The notes under the pieces were generated by a model. The model searched no databases. It worked only from the letters and a program-made list of their open reading frames with translations, and had not been told where the DNA came from. Positions 9,653 to 18,874 of a DNA stretch of 64,000 bases are shown here, one piece after another (position 1 is the stretch's first letter; each line of letters starts with the position of its first letter). The stretch comes from a virus, in the IMG/VR virus record IMGVR_UViG_3300023112_001138, positions 10,147 through 74,146 of that record. One strand, 5' to 3'. Both the position numbers and the translations under genes were made by a program.

Positions 9653-10263
9653 TCAACTTTATTATATAACATTTTAATTATTTCTTTATCCAATTCCGAA
9701 TATTCAGTTACGGTAGAATACCCTTGATAAAAAATACTATTATCGTACTGGTATGTGTCATTCCCTAACCCTAAACATTGTGTTATTTCTTCGCGTAGTA
9801 TATGTTTTTGTCTAATAGGGTTTTTTACTCTACCAATATCTACAAATGCCTCACCCCCATAAATATTATTATGTCTACCACAATATATAACACCAAAACC
9901 TTGAGTATTACCCTTTGTATGTTCATCAAATTCCATATTAATTTTAGAGAATTCTTTTCGTGTCCCTAAAAATAGTAATAGATTAGATTCATCATTATTA
10001 GTAGTTATCGATATATTGATAGGGCTAATAATGTCATTTAGTTCAGATACAACCTTTTCTAATTCTTCAATTAAATAATCTATTTTTTCTCCCTTAACAA
10101 ATATTTTAACGTCTTTTTTGAATTTTTTATGTGATTTGGCACTGGAAGAGTATTCTCCATAATGAACTATCGTATCATAATAATTTATTATAGTTAGAGA
10201 ATCTATTTGTGAAACCCCATTTAAAGAGGTTAATACGATTAATAATGTGATTAAGTTTTTCAT
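9649..10263 (-). CDS. Secreted DUF2927-like protein
   Basis: Signal-peptide-like start MKNLITLLIVLTSLNGVSQ at 10263; HILREEITQCLGLGND..SIFY. Confidence 0.7.
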   Translation of the reverse strand: MKNLITLLIVLTSLNGVSQIDSLTIINYYDTIVHYGEYSSSAKSHKKFKKDVKIFVKGEKIDYLIEELEKVVSELNDIISPINISITTNNDESNLLLFLGTRKEFSKINMEFDEHTKGNTQGFGVIYCGRHNNIYGGEAFVDIGRVKNPIRQKHILREEITQCLGLGNDTYQYDNSIFYQGYSTVTEYSELDKEIIKMLYNKVD

Positions 10264-10280
10264 AGTTGTTTGATTTAATA

Positions 10281-10312
10281 CAAATATACGAAAAAAATTT
10301 GACTTTACCAAA
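10281..10312 (-). promoter_or_regulatory. Bacteroidota-type housekeeping promoter TTTG-N20-TATATTTG
   Basis: Minus strand reads tttg gtaaagtcaaatttttttcg tatatttg upstream of the 10263 ATG. Confidence 0.7.
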
Positions 10313-10330
10313 TATTATGCGTAATAATCT

Positions 10331-12808
10331 CTATTCTACTACTTTTACCTCTACCTTTTCCTTAACTTTACTATAAGAAATCATAATAGTTTGACCTTCC
10401 TTAACATTACCTTTTAATATTTCTTCCGATACAGGGTCTTCAACATACTTTTGTATTGCTCTATTAAGTGGTCTTGCACCATATTCTTCATCATAACCCA
10501 CTTTCGCTAGAAAATCTTTTATGGATTTGGTTAGTTTAAGTTTGTAACCTATTTCTACCATTCTTTCTTGTAGTTTAGCAATCTCTAGTTTTACTATTTG
10601 AGCTATTTCTTCTTGATTAAGTGAATTAAATATAACAACATCATCTAACCTATTTAAAAATTCTGGTGGAAAATGTTTTTTAAGTTCTTTCTTTAATACA
10701 TTTTTTCTATTTTCATCTGAATCACCTTCTAACATTTTAGTTGTGAAACCTAATCCAGTACCAAAATCTTGGAGTTTCTTTGCCCCCACATTTGATGTCA
10801 TTATTATCACACAATTTTTAAAGTTAACTTTCCTACCTAAACTATCTGTTAATTGCCCATCATCCAAAAGTTGTAACAATACATTATATACATCTCTATT
10901 GGCTTTCTCGATTTCATCAAATAATAATATTGAGTAGGGCTTTCTTCTAACCTTTTCGGTTAATTGACCACCCTCATCGTGTCCTACATATCCTGGAGGT
11001 GCGCCAATTAATCTTGAAACTGTATGTTTTTCTTGATATTCCGACATATCAATTCTTATTAGTGATTCCTCATTACCGAACATATACTCCGCCAATTTTT
11101 TTGCTAAATGTGTTTTCCCAGTACCGGTCGGTCCTAAAAACATAAATGTCCCAATAGGTTTCTTTGGGTTTCTAATACCTACCCTATTTCTTCTTAAAGA
11201 TTGGGATATTTTAACAATGGCACTGTCTTGTCCAATTACACTACCTTTCATATCACTTTCCATATTTAATAACCTCTTCCCTTCATCTTCACTTAATCTA
11301 CTTAATGGTATCCCTGTCATAATGGAAACCACATCACTAATATCTTCTGGTGTTATAATGGTTCTTTTTTTATTTAATTTATCTTTCCAAACCTCTTTCT
11401 CCTCTTCAAGTTTTTCAGTTACTTGTCTTTCTTTATCCCTAAGTTTTGCAGCCTCCTCATATTTTTGATTCCTAACCACATCATTTTTTTCTTCTTTTAT
11501 GTTAGTAATTTCACCTTCTAATTTATTGATAACTTCAGGGGGTTTTGCGTTAACTTGTGATCTAGCACCAGCTTCATCCATAAGATCAATTGCTTTATCA
11601 GGAAATTCTCTGTCAGTAATATATCTATCTGATAGTTTAACACATTGTACAATTGATTCTTCTAAATAAGTTGCCTTGTGATATTCTTCATAAGAATCTT
11701 TTATTCTATTTAATATTGTAATCGTATCTTCTACTGATGGTGGGTCAACTATCACTTGTTGGAATCTTCTGGTGAGTGCACCATCCTTTTCAATGTGTTC
11801 CCTAAAATCATCTAATGTGGTTGCACCAATTATTTGTAAATCACCTCTAGATAGTGCTGGTTTAAATACATTTGCTGCATCCATTGATCCTGAAGCATTT
11901 CCTGCACCAACCATATTATGTAACTCATCAATGAATAATATAATATCATCAGTGTTCATTAATTCATCAACAACACCCTTAATTCGTTCTTCAAATTGAC
12001 CCCTATATTTGGTTCCTGCAACTAATGAAGTTAAATCTAAAGAAATAATTCTTTTATCTAATAGTGTTCTTGGGGCATCTCCCTCATATATTTTTAAAGC
12101 TAAACCTTCAATGATTGTTGTTTTACCGACACCTGGGGGTCCAATTATAACAGGGTTATTCTTCTTTTTTCTTGAAAGTATTTGTGCAACTCTTTGTATT
12201 ACATCATCTCTACCGATAACTGGGTCAATATTTCCTTCTGATGCTTTTTTTGTTATATCATCAGAAAAATTATCTAGTATAGGTGTATTAGAAGTTGTTT
12301 TTCCTCTCTTCTTGGATGGTCTATTAAATATTTCTTCTGGGTCATTAGCAGATTCAAAAGCATTATCCATATTATCGATTAATGATTTTTTAATTGTATT
12401 TTTGTAGTTTTTATAGTTTACCCCCATAGAGTTTAAAATTTTTGTAACATTATTTTTTTCTTTTAGTGTGGATAATAAAATATGGGTGGTGTCTAAATAA
12501 GATTCTTTTAATTTATCACATTCATTTTCTGATCCCTTCATTATCTTTTCTGTATGTGCGTTCATTGGAATGTGTTTGATTATCGTTCTACCATCATCTT
12601 TCTTTTTTACTATACCCTTCTCTAACTTTCTATGTAAATCATCAATATCTATGCCCATCTCTAAAAGAAATTTTATTGATTCATTGTTAAAATCGTTTAT
12701 TAACGCAATGATAATATGTTCTATCTTTATTTCGCAATCATTATAAAGTTTGGCTTCATCGATTGACTTGTTTATTATTTTTTTTACTTTCGGTAATACT
12801 TTTCTCAT
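10331..12808 (-). CDS. clpC: ClpC-type AAA+ chaperone / protease ATPase subunit
   Basis: Clp-N domain, GPPGVGKT and GPTGTGKT Walker A motifs, KYRG and GYVG pore loops, UVR coil (QKYEEAAKLRD), LGF ClpP-docking loop. Confidence 0.93.
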   Translation of the reverse strand: MRKVLPKVKKIINKSIDEAKLYNDCEIKIEHIIIALINDFNNESIKFLLEMGIDIDDLHRKLEKGIVKKKDDGRTIIKHIPMNAHTEKIMKGSENECDKLKESYLDTTHILLSTLKEKNNVTKILNSMGVNYKNYKNTIKKSLIDNMDNAFESANDPEEIFNRPSKKRGKTTSNTPILDNFSDDITKKASEGNIDPVIGRDDVIQRVAQILSRKKKNNPVIIGPPGVGKTTIIEGLALKIYEGDAPRTLLDKRIISLDLTSLVAGTKYRGQFEERIKGVVDELMNTDDIILFIDELHNMVGAGNASGSMDAANVFKPALSRGDLQIIGATTLDDFREHIEKDGALTRRFQQVIVDPPSVEDTITILNRIKDSYEEYHKATYLEESIVQCVKLSDRYITDREFPDKAIDLMDEAGARSQVNAKPPEVINKLEGEITNIKEEKNDVVRNQKYEEAAKLRDKERQVTEKLEEEKEVWKDKLNKKRTIITPEDISDVVSIMTGIPLSRLSEDEGKRLLNMESDMKGSVIGQDSAIVKISQSLRRNRVGIRNPKKPIGTFMFLGPTGTGKTHLAKKLAEYMFGNEESLIRIDMSEYQEKHTVSRLIGAPPGYVGHDEGGQLTEKVRRKPYSILLFDEIEKANRDVYNVLLQLLDDGQLTDSLGRKVNFKNCVIIMTSNVGAKKLQDFGTGLGFTTKMLEGDSDENRKNVLKKELKKHFPPEFLNRLDDVVIFNSLNQEEIAQIVKLEIAKLQERMVEIGYKLKLTKSIKDFLAKVGYDEEYGARPLNRAIQKYVEDPVSEEILKGNVKEGQTIMISYSKVKEKVEVKVVE

Positions 12809-12815
12809 GACTAAA

Positions 12816-12847
12816 TTTGTTTTTTTAAATAAATATTATTATGTTTG
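12816..12847 (+). promoter_or_regulatory. Bacteroidota-type promoter TTTG-N20-TATGTTTG for the MTase
   Basis: TTTG 12816-12819, TATGTTTG 12840-12847. Confidence 0.6.
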
Positions 12848-12876
12848 TTAATAAATTCATATATAAAATATAAATA

Positions 12877-13800
12877 ATGAAAGACAAATATAAACTTTAT
12901 TTAGGAGAAACAAAAGAAATAATTTCTAAAATGGTGGAAAAGAACGAATTAGTGGATATGATATTCACTTCACCACCCTATTATTCGTTCAGAAAAAATT
13001 ATAGTGGTAACGGAGATGGATCTGTCGGATCCATACATGTGGACGAGTATGCAGATTGGCTTTTAGAATTTACAGAAAAGTTTTTACAAGTATTAAAACC
13101 TAATGGTAGTTTTTTCCTAAATATTAACGACAAAATCGAAAATGGTGTTGTTCACCCAGTATTAGATGAATTAAAATATAAGATGAGTAAACAAGGTTGG
13201 TACTTGGTTGCAAAACCTTATATATGGTTTAAAAAACAATCTATGCCCACTAATTGTAAATACAGAGCAATTGATAGGTATGAGTATGTGTTCCATTTTT
13301 CAAACTCTACTAAACCAAAATTTAGAGCAACTAATTGTAGGACACCTCATTCTGAAGTTACAAAAAGAAGAATGAAGCGACCAGTACCAACAATCAATTC
13401 TAGAGATGGGGTTTATGAACACACAAAAATTAAATTAAATTCTGATGGGGCATTACCACATAATGTTGTTATTACACCCGCAGAATCTAACCCCAGTGTA
13501 TTACACCCAGCTCCTTTTCATGTGGATTTAGCTGAATGGTTTATTAAGGTAGGGTCAGATATCAACGACATTGTTTTAGATCCGTTTGCTGGGTCTTCAA
13601 CCACAGGTGTGGCAGCAATTAAAAATGAAAGAAAATACGTTGGTATTGACTTAGTAGATTTTAATATTAACTTTGGGGAAAATAGAATAAAACATTTGTT
13701 AAAAACTGGAGATTGTTATATACCTAAAAATAAATTAACAACTTATGGTATTGATGTAAACTATTATAAGGTAAAAGGTAAAAACATCAATAACCCATAA
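12877..13800 (+). CDS. Orphan beta-class N4-C/N6-A DNA methyltransferase
   Basis: DMIFTSPPY catalytic motif precedes the VLDPFAGSSTTG SAM-binding motif; HPAPF. Confidence 0.92.
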   Translation: MKDKYKLYLGETKEIISKMVEKNELVDMIFTSPPYYSFRKNYSGNGDGSVGSIHVDEYADWLLEFTEKFLQVLKPNGSFFLNINDKIENGVVHPVLDELKYKMSKQGWYLVAKPYIWFKKQSMPTNCKYRAIDRYEYVFHFSNSTKPKFRATNCRTPHSEVTKRRMKRPVPTINSRDGVYEHTKIKLNSDGALPHNVVITPAESNPSVLHPAPFHVDLAEWFIKVGSDINDIVLDPFAGSSTTGVAAIKNERKYVGIDLVDFNINFGENRIKHLLKTGDCYIPKNKLTTYGIDVNYYKVKGKNINNP

Positions 13801-13842
13801 TGTCATTTTGACATAAAAACTAATATGGTATATGTTTTGACA
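13800..13842 (+). promoter_or_regulatory. Inverted repeat ATGTCA-N3-TGACAT plus sigma54-like TGGTAT-N5-TTGA upstream of hsp20
   Basis: Palindrome 13800-13814; GG at 13827-13828 and GA at 13839-13840 with 10-nt spacing. Confidence 0.5.
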
Positions 13843-13891
13843 ATGGATTATTAAATTTCAAATAATAATAAAAAAATAAATTAAATTAAAA

Positions 13892-14362
13892 ATGCGAAGA
13901 GATTTTAACGAAATAATAAAAGATTTGTTTACACATGACGATTACTTATGGAGTAACTCCACAATAACACCCTTTTTAAATAGGATCACTGAAAATAATC
14001 CTTTACGTAAGGATAGAGATTATGCTCAAAACCTACCACCTACCAACATTTATGAAGATGAGTGGTCGTATAGGTATGAGTTATCAACACCAGGGTTTAT
14101 AAAAAACAATTTATCTGTGGAACTAGATAATAGTGTTCTTACAATAAGAGGTGAACGAAAAAACACTAATAAAAAAGAAACTGGTGAATATATTGCTAAA
14201 GAATACCACTCCAATAAATTTTATAGGTCATTTAATTTACCTGAAAATATTGTTGCAGATGAGATACACGCAAAGGTAGATAATGGAATTACTACTTTAT
14301 TTATACCAAAAGAAAAACCAACAAAGACCAAAAATTTAACAAAAACTATAGAGATATCTTAG
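13892..14362 (+). CDS. Small heat-shock protein (Hsp20/alpha-crystallin)
   Basis: PPTNIYE..PGF..LTIRGER..FYRSFNLPE..AKVDNGITTLFIPK. Confidence 0.93.
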   Translation: MRRDFNEIIKDLFTHDDYLWSNSTITPFLNRITENNPLRKDRDYAQNLPPTNIYEDEWSYRYELSTPGFIKNNLSVELDNSVLTIRGERKNTNKKETGEYIAKEYHSNKFYRSFNLPENIVADEIHAKVDNGITTLFIPKEKPTKTKNLTKTIEIS

Positions 14363-14390
14363 CGTATCTAATATATTTAAAATAATATTT

Positions 14391-14420
14391 AAGCCATACC
14401 TTTACAGGTGTGGCTTTTTT
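14391..14420 (+). terminator. Rho-independent terminator
   Basis: aagccatacct-ttac-aggtgtggctt hairpin followed by a T-run. Confidence 0.8.
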
Positions 14421-14482
14421 ATTATATTTATTTTAACAAAAATTTGATTTTTAAATAAAAAAAATATATAATTATATAAGTT

Positions 14483-14725
14483 ATGATACCATCAGCACCA
14501 AAGTTTAAAAAAATAGTATTACTAATAAAAAATGAAAATAGTAGTGATCCAGATATAAAACCCACAATTAGGGTTGAGCATAGTGATTGTGCAATGATCA
14601 TAACTGGAGATTATGTTATTATAACAGAAGATGAGACTGGTAACAATATTGATACACCTTCAACAGTAAAGGGGAAAATATATGTATTAAAAGAAATAGA
14701 CTCATATAAACTTTTTAAAAATTAA
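14483..14725 (+). CDS. Hypothetical protein
   Basis: 80-aa ORF, first of a tightly packed run. Confidence 0.65.
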   Translation: MIPSAPKFKKIVLLIKNENSSDPDIKPTIRVEHSDCAMIITGDYVIITEDETGNNIDTPSTVKGKIYVLKEIDSYKLFKN

Positions 14726-14728
14726 ATT

Positions 14729-15022
14729 ATGGTTTTAAATAAACACGAAGAGAATGGAGCAATCGAAAACTTGTACGATTCAAGTAATATACTAGCTTCA
14801 AAGTACGATATCAGAGGTAAGAAGTTGGCAATAATTTTTAATAGTGGTAGACAATATTTGTATCATGATGTATCAAGAAATGATTATGATGTATTTGAGG
14901 GTGCTGAAAGTCAAGGAAAAATTTTACATTCAACGATTAAAAAATATAAAGTAGAGAAAGTAGTGGACATTGTTGACACTACTTTAATTATCGAGCAGAT
15001 ACAAACACTGAAAAATTCATAA
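14729..15022 (+). CDS. KTSC-domain protein
   Basis: DSSNILASKYD..KLAIIFNSGRQYLYHDV..F..AESQGK. Confidence 0.85.
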   Translation: MVLNKHEENGAIENLYDSSNILASKYDIRGKKLAIIFNSGRQYLYHDVSRNDYDVFEGAESQGKILHSTIKKYKVEKVVDIVDTTLIIEQIQTLKNS

Positions 15023-15190
15023 ATGGAATCAAATAAAAATCAGAGATTATTATCTAAACTATATGAATGTCAAGAAATAATTCTTGCATTGAGTGGTGAC
15101 ACTATTAGTGAACAACATATTTTAATGTCTGAAATAATAAAAGAATTAGAATGTGATATAATAGAAGATATTGGCTATATAGGGATTTAA
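15023..15190 (+). CDS. 55-aa hypothetical protein (not in ORF track)
   Basis: ATG abuts the KTSC stop; MESNKNQRLLSKLYECQE...DIGYIGI*. Confidence 0.6.
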   Translation: MESNKNQRLLSKLYECQEIILALSGDTISEQHILMSEIIKELECDIIEDIGYIGI

Positions 15191-15203
15191 AAAATAAATT
15201 AAA

Positions 15204-15608
15204 ATGAAAAATAATATAACAATAATATTAACACTACTATCTTTAAACCTAATAGGTCAGATAAACTATGATGTATATAGGGTAGTTGCTCACAGCAATG
15301 AAATGTATGTGCATTCAATTTCAAACACAATTAAAGTACCCCAAGAACATGCTATATTTGTTCCAAATGTATTCTCACCTAATAATGACGGAATAAATGA
15401 TTATTTCCGGGTGATGGGTAAAGGTTTAGATCATATTACAATCGAAATATATAATAGATGGAGTCAACAAGTATTCGAAGCACCTCACTTAACAGAGATT
15501 TGGGATGGGACATACCGAGGTAAACAATGCCCCATCGGAACATATGTATACCAACTTAAAATAGATAAAAAAATATCCCATTCAGGGACAGTAACATTAA
15601 TAAGATGA
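15204..15608 (+). CDS. Signal peptide plus T9SS type-B C-terminal (gliding-motility/CHU_C) domain protein
   Basis: IFVPNVFSPNNDGINDYF..EIYNRW..WDGTYRG..PIGTYVY..GTVTLIR. Confidence 0.88.
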   Translation: MKNNITIILTLLSLNLIGQINYDVYRVVAHSNEMYVHSISNTIKVPQEHAIFVPNVFSPNNDGINDYFRVMGKGLDHITIEIYNRWSQQVFEAPHLTEIWDGTYRGKQCPIGTYVYQLKIDKKISHSGTVTLIR

Positions 15609-15697
15609 AAGAAGTAGTAATATTTAGTTGGGTATTTGCAGGTGTTATATGTGTTTATGCGTATTATGTTAAACATAAGAAAAACCAAAACAATTAA
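15605..15697 (+). CDS. 30-aa single-TM peptide (not in ORF track)
   Basis: ATGA overlap; MKEVVIFSWVFAGVICVYAYYVKHKKNQNN*. Confidence 0.5.
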   Translation: MKEVVIFSWVFAGVICVYAYYVKHKKNQNN

Positions 15698-15772
15698 ATC
15701 ACCATTAAATAATTAATTTCCCCAATAACTTTAATTTAATAATTAATGTGAGTATTTATTATAAAAATACTT

Positions 15773-16564
15773 ATGCGAATTAAAAGATTAAAAGAACAAG
15801 AGGTAAGTGATATAATCGCCAAAGAAAATATTGACTTATCATCCTTTAAAGTAAAAAAAACATTAAACCCAAAAGTATTCGACAAGGATAAAAAAATGCA
15901 TAGTGATGTTCGATCTAGGTTACTGATGATTGCTGATGATTTTTTTGAAACTTTGGATATCGGTTGGGTTGATCTGGATGATGTTATATTAACTGGTAGT
16001 TTAGCTAATTATAATTGGTCAAAATTTTCAGATGTTGATCTACATATATTACTACAATTTGAAGATGTGGATGAAAATGTGGATTTGGTTAGGGAATATT
16101 TTAACTCAAAAAAGAATTTATGGAATGAAAAACATTCTATTACCATAAAAGGTTATGATGTGGAATTATATTTACAAGATACTCATGAATCACATGTTTC
16201 TAGTGGTGTGTATTCTGTAATGTGGGATGGATGGGTTGTTAAACCAGAAAGAGGTGATAAGAAAATAGATGCGAAAAAAGTAAGTGAAAAAGTTAATAGT
16301 ATTGTTGATGCAATTAAACATGTTTATGAGATGTATAAAGATGGGGAGTATGATAAAGTAATTAGAAGTATAAAAACACTTAAAGAGAAATTAAAGAAAA
16401 TGCGACAAGCCGGATTGGATCGTGAAGGTGAATATTCTTTTGAGAATATTGCATTTAAAGTTCTTAGAAGAAGTGAGTATCTAGATAAATTAACTACAAT
16501 AGAAACTAGGGCGTATGATAATTCATTAACATTGGATGAATCTATAAAGCTTATAAAGTATTAA
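15773..16564 (+). CDS. Pol-beta-superfamily nucleotidyltransferase
   Basis: ILTGSLANYNWSKFSDVDLHI (GS..DxD) and DVELYLQD; late motif at 15752. Confidence 0.85.
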   Translation: MRIKRLKEQEVSDIIAKENIDLSSFKVKKTLNPKVFDKDKKMHSDVRSRLLMIADDFFETLDIGWVDLDDVILTGSLANYNWSKFSDVDLHILLQFEDVDENVDLVREYFNSKKNLWNEKHSITIKGYDVELYLQDTHESHVSSGVYSVMWDGWVVKPERGDKKIDAKKVSEKVNSIVDAIKHVYEMYKDGEYDKVIRSIKTLKEKLKKMRQAGLDREGEYSFENIAFKVLRRSEYLDKLTTIETRAYDNSLTLDESIKLIKY

Positions 16565-16623
16565 TATATAACTATTTTATGTTTTTTTATTAAAAATGCA
16601 ATATTTATTAATAAAATAAAAGA

Positions 16624-16944
16624 ATGGGAACATATTTAACGGGAACATATTCAGTAATTCATACTAGTGGTACTACAGATTTTAATAATTTCGTATATAG
16701 TGCGGTGTATTTTAATACTACAGGGCCATTTACAATAAATGGTACCAACGTAGTTGGGTCAATAGGTGAAACATTAGATATTGTTGTAGATGAAAATACT
16801 ACAATATTATCTACAGATTTTCTTTTGTTAGGAAATCCAATTGCACCACAAACAAAAGTTCAAACTGGTTTAATATCTGGTGATTCACATAACGAAGTGT
16901 GGCAATTTGTAAATATAAAAACTGGATTACCAACAAACGGATAA
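16624..16944 (+). CDS. Small Thr/Gly-rich putative virion protein
   Basis: 106 aa, beta-rich composition, late motif at 16601. Confidence 0.7.
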   Translation: MGTYLTGTYSVIHTSGTTDFNNFVYSAVYFNTTGPFTINGTNVVGSIGETLDIVVDENTTILSTDFLLLGNPIAPQTKVQTGLISGDSHNEVWQFVNIKTGLPTNG

Positions 16945-16976
16945 AAATTAAAATTAAAAATATAAAAAATAAAAAA

Positions 16977-18872
16977 ATGAGAAAATTTACAAACCCAAAA
17001 ACTCTAAAAGGTCAAGATAAAATCAATAGGATTACTGATCTAATGAGTAGAATGACAACACTAAATGAAAGTACTTCACTTTCAGAAATAGATTTCATAA
17101 AAAAGGGACCAAATGGAATTGTTTATGGTATTATTAGAGAAAATCATAACTACTTTATTAAAACAACTGAAAAAACATCTGGAACATTAATTGCAGAAGA
17201 TTTTGAATACGTTGGTGGTGCTAAAAATAAATACATTGAAAGGTATAATACATATACTGAAGCATTAAAACAATTAAATATGAAATTTGATATGTTGAAT
17301 GAGTCATATGGTATTGAAGTGGGATCAAATCTTTTTGAATCCGATGGTCATGAGATTCAGGTATCCAACGCTAGTGGGGTAGTAGTTAAAGAGACTAAGG
17401 TTTCTGACCCCGATAATGATGATGATGGTAAATTAGAGTTAATAAATGATGAAGAGGAAGATGTTGAAGAACAAAAGCAAGTAATTAGGGTAAAAACACC
17501 AAAAGCGCCAGTAGAAGATACAGTAGAGGTAGATGAATTTGCGATGGATGATATGGAAACTGCTGAAGGTGGTGGAGAAGACCCATTCGCTGCTGAAGAT
17601 GGTGGAGAAGGAATGGATGATGAAGGAATGGATGATGAAGGAATGGATGATGAAGATGGGGACGAAACAACCAAAAAGATACAAAAACTTACTGGAAAAG
17701 TCACACAACTAATGAGAGATATGGATGACCCTGATTCGGAGTTAGATAAATACGTCATTAACTCAGTTATTTCAGCAATTGATTTTGAAGAAATGGATGA
17801 GGAAGATGTTGAAGATGTTATTGCTAAGATTGAGGGTGAAGATGAAGAAGCTGGAGAAGGTGATGAATTTGATACGGAAGAGGTTGATGTTGATTTAGAT
17901 GTAGAAGAAGTTCCTGAAGGTGAACCGTCAGAAGATCAAATTACTGAAGATTCTGAAGGTAGGGAAACTTTTGACTATGGTGAGGATGAAGGTCACGACC
18001 ATAAAGAAGAAGAAGATTTAAAAGAGAAAGAAGAAATGTCACCACAAGATAGGATTAGTGAAATAAAAAAACATCTTGAAGCCCTTGAGTCTGATATGTC
18101 TTATGATGAAGACCATGAAGATAGAGAAGAAGAAGGTACCGAATTTAACGAATCAAGGTCATTTTCCAAAAAACAATTAATGGAAACATTTTTAAGAAAA
18201 AATGTTAAAAATTCACTAAAAAAAGTTTTAAAAGAAAACCACTCAATGTGTGAAGAATGTTTGGGGGAAGGTTGTGAGTCTTGTATGGGAGAACATCATA
18301 ATTTGTCAGATACTAATTATGGTAAATATAATAGAAATGAATATATGTTAGAAGATGACGATATGGATATGTTGGCTGGGGATGATGTACATGAAGATAT
18401 AGATTATATGGATACTGAAATGTTAGGACAAGATGTTTTATACCGAACCGGAGAAGAACCTAAATTTGATAGGGATGGTGATGGTATATCTAATGAGTAT
18501 GATGTAGATAGTAACGATGATGGTAGTATAGATTACGGAATGGGTAATAAAATGTATGATTGGCCAGAACGCACTTTTGGTAGAAAGGGTGATAGGGATT
18601 CTGACGGTATCCCAAATACAAACGATGACAATCCTGGAACACCTAGTTGGGAAGATGACGGAGATGATTTTATAGAAATAGATTTTGAATCGTTGATGGG
18701 AAATGCTCCGGTTAAAGAACCGGGTGTCGCACCACCAACAACTACACCAAGTACCACACCAGGTAAACCAAGATGGAAAAAAATTAGGAAACCTGAACCA
18801 GGTACACAGGGAAAACCTAAAGCAGAAGTAGCAAGAAGAAAAGCTACTATACGAAAAGGAAGAATGTATTAA
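16977..18872 (+). CDS. Large acidic putative prohead-core/internal protein with DxDxDG repeats
   Basis: Likely start at 16977 (MRKFTNPK); very D/E-rich; many [ILF]xE sites; DRDGDG, DRDSDG; Pro/Thr-rich then basic C-terminus. Confidence 0.75.
   Translation: MRKFTNPKTLKGQDKINRITDLMSRMTTLNESTSLSEIDFIKKGPNGIVYGIIRENHNYFIKTTEKTSGTLIAEDFEYVGGAKNKYIERYNTYTEALKQLNMKFDMLNESYGIEVGSNLFESDGHEIQVSNASGVVVKETKVSDPDNDDDGKLELINDEEEDVEEQKQVIRVKTPKAPVEDTVEVDEFAMDDMETAEGGGEDPFAAEDGGEGMDDEGMDDEGMDDEDGDETTKKIQKLTGKVTQLMRDMDDPDSELDKYVINSVISAIDFEEMDEEDVEDVIAKIEGEDEEAGEGDEFDTEEVDVDLDVEEVPEGEPSEDQITEDSEGRETFDYGEDEGHDHKEEEDLKEKEEMSPQDRISEIKKHLEALESDMSYDEDHEDREEEGTEFNESRSFSKKQLMETFLRKNVKNSLKKVLKENHSMCEECLGEGCESCMGEHHNLSDTNYGKYNRNEYMLEDDDMDMLAGDDVHEDIDYMDTEMLGQDVLYRTGEEPKFDRDGDGISNEYDVDSNDDGSIDYGMGNKMYDWPERTFGRKGDRDSDGIPNTNDDNPGTPSWEDDGDDFIEIDFESLMGNAPVKEPGVAPPTTTPSTTPGKPRWKKIRKPEPGTQGKPKAEVARRKATIRKGRMY
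17607..17655 (+). repeat. 15-bp tandem repeat x3 (GAAGGAATGGATGAT, encodes EGMDD)
   Basis: Three exact copies visible in the sequence. Confidence 0.9.
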
Positions 18873-18874
18873 AA

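Noticed and set aside
10743-12407. Plus-strand ORFs inside clpC (and similar antisense ORFs in the portal, scaffold, MCP, 16977 and glycan genes)
   Set aside because: Ser/Phe/Ile-rich mirror translations fully nested in well-supported genes
12877-13800. Restriction-modification system
   Set aside because: No adjacent endonuclease; orphan methyltransferases are routine in large phages
17439-17708. His-rich repetitive ORFs (HHPFLHHPFL)
   Set aside because: Reverse-frame reading of the GAT/GAA-rich EGMDD repeat
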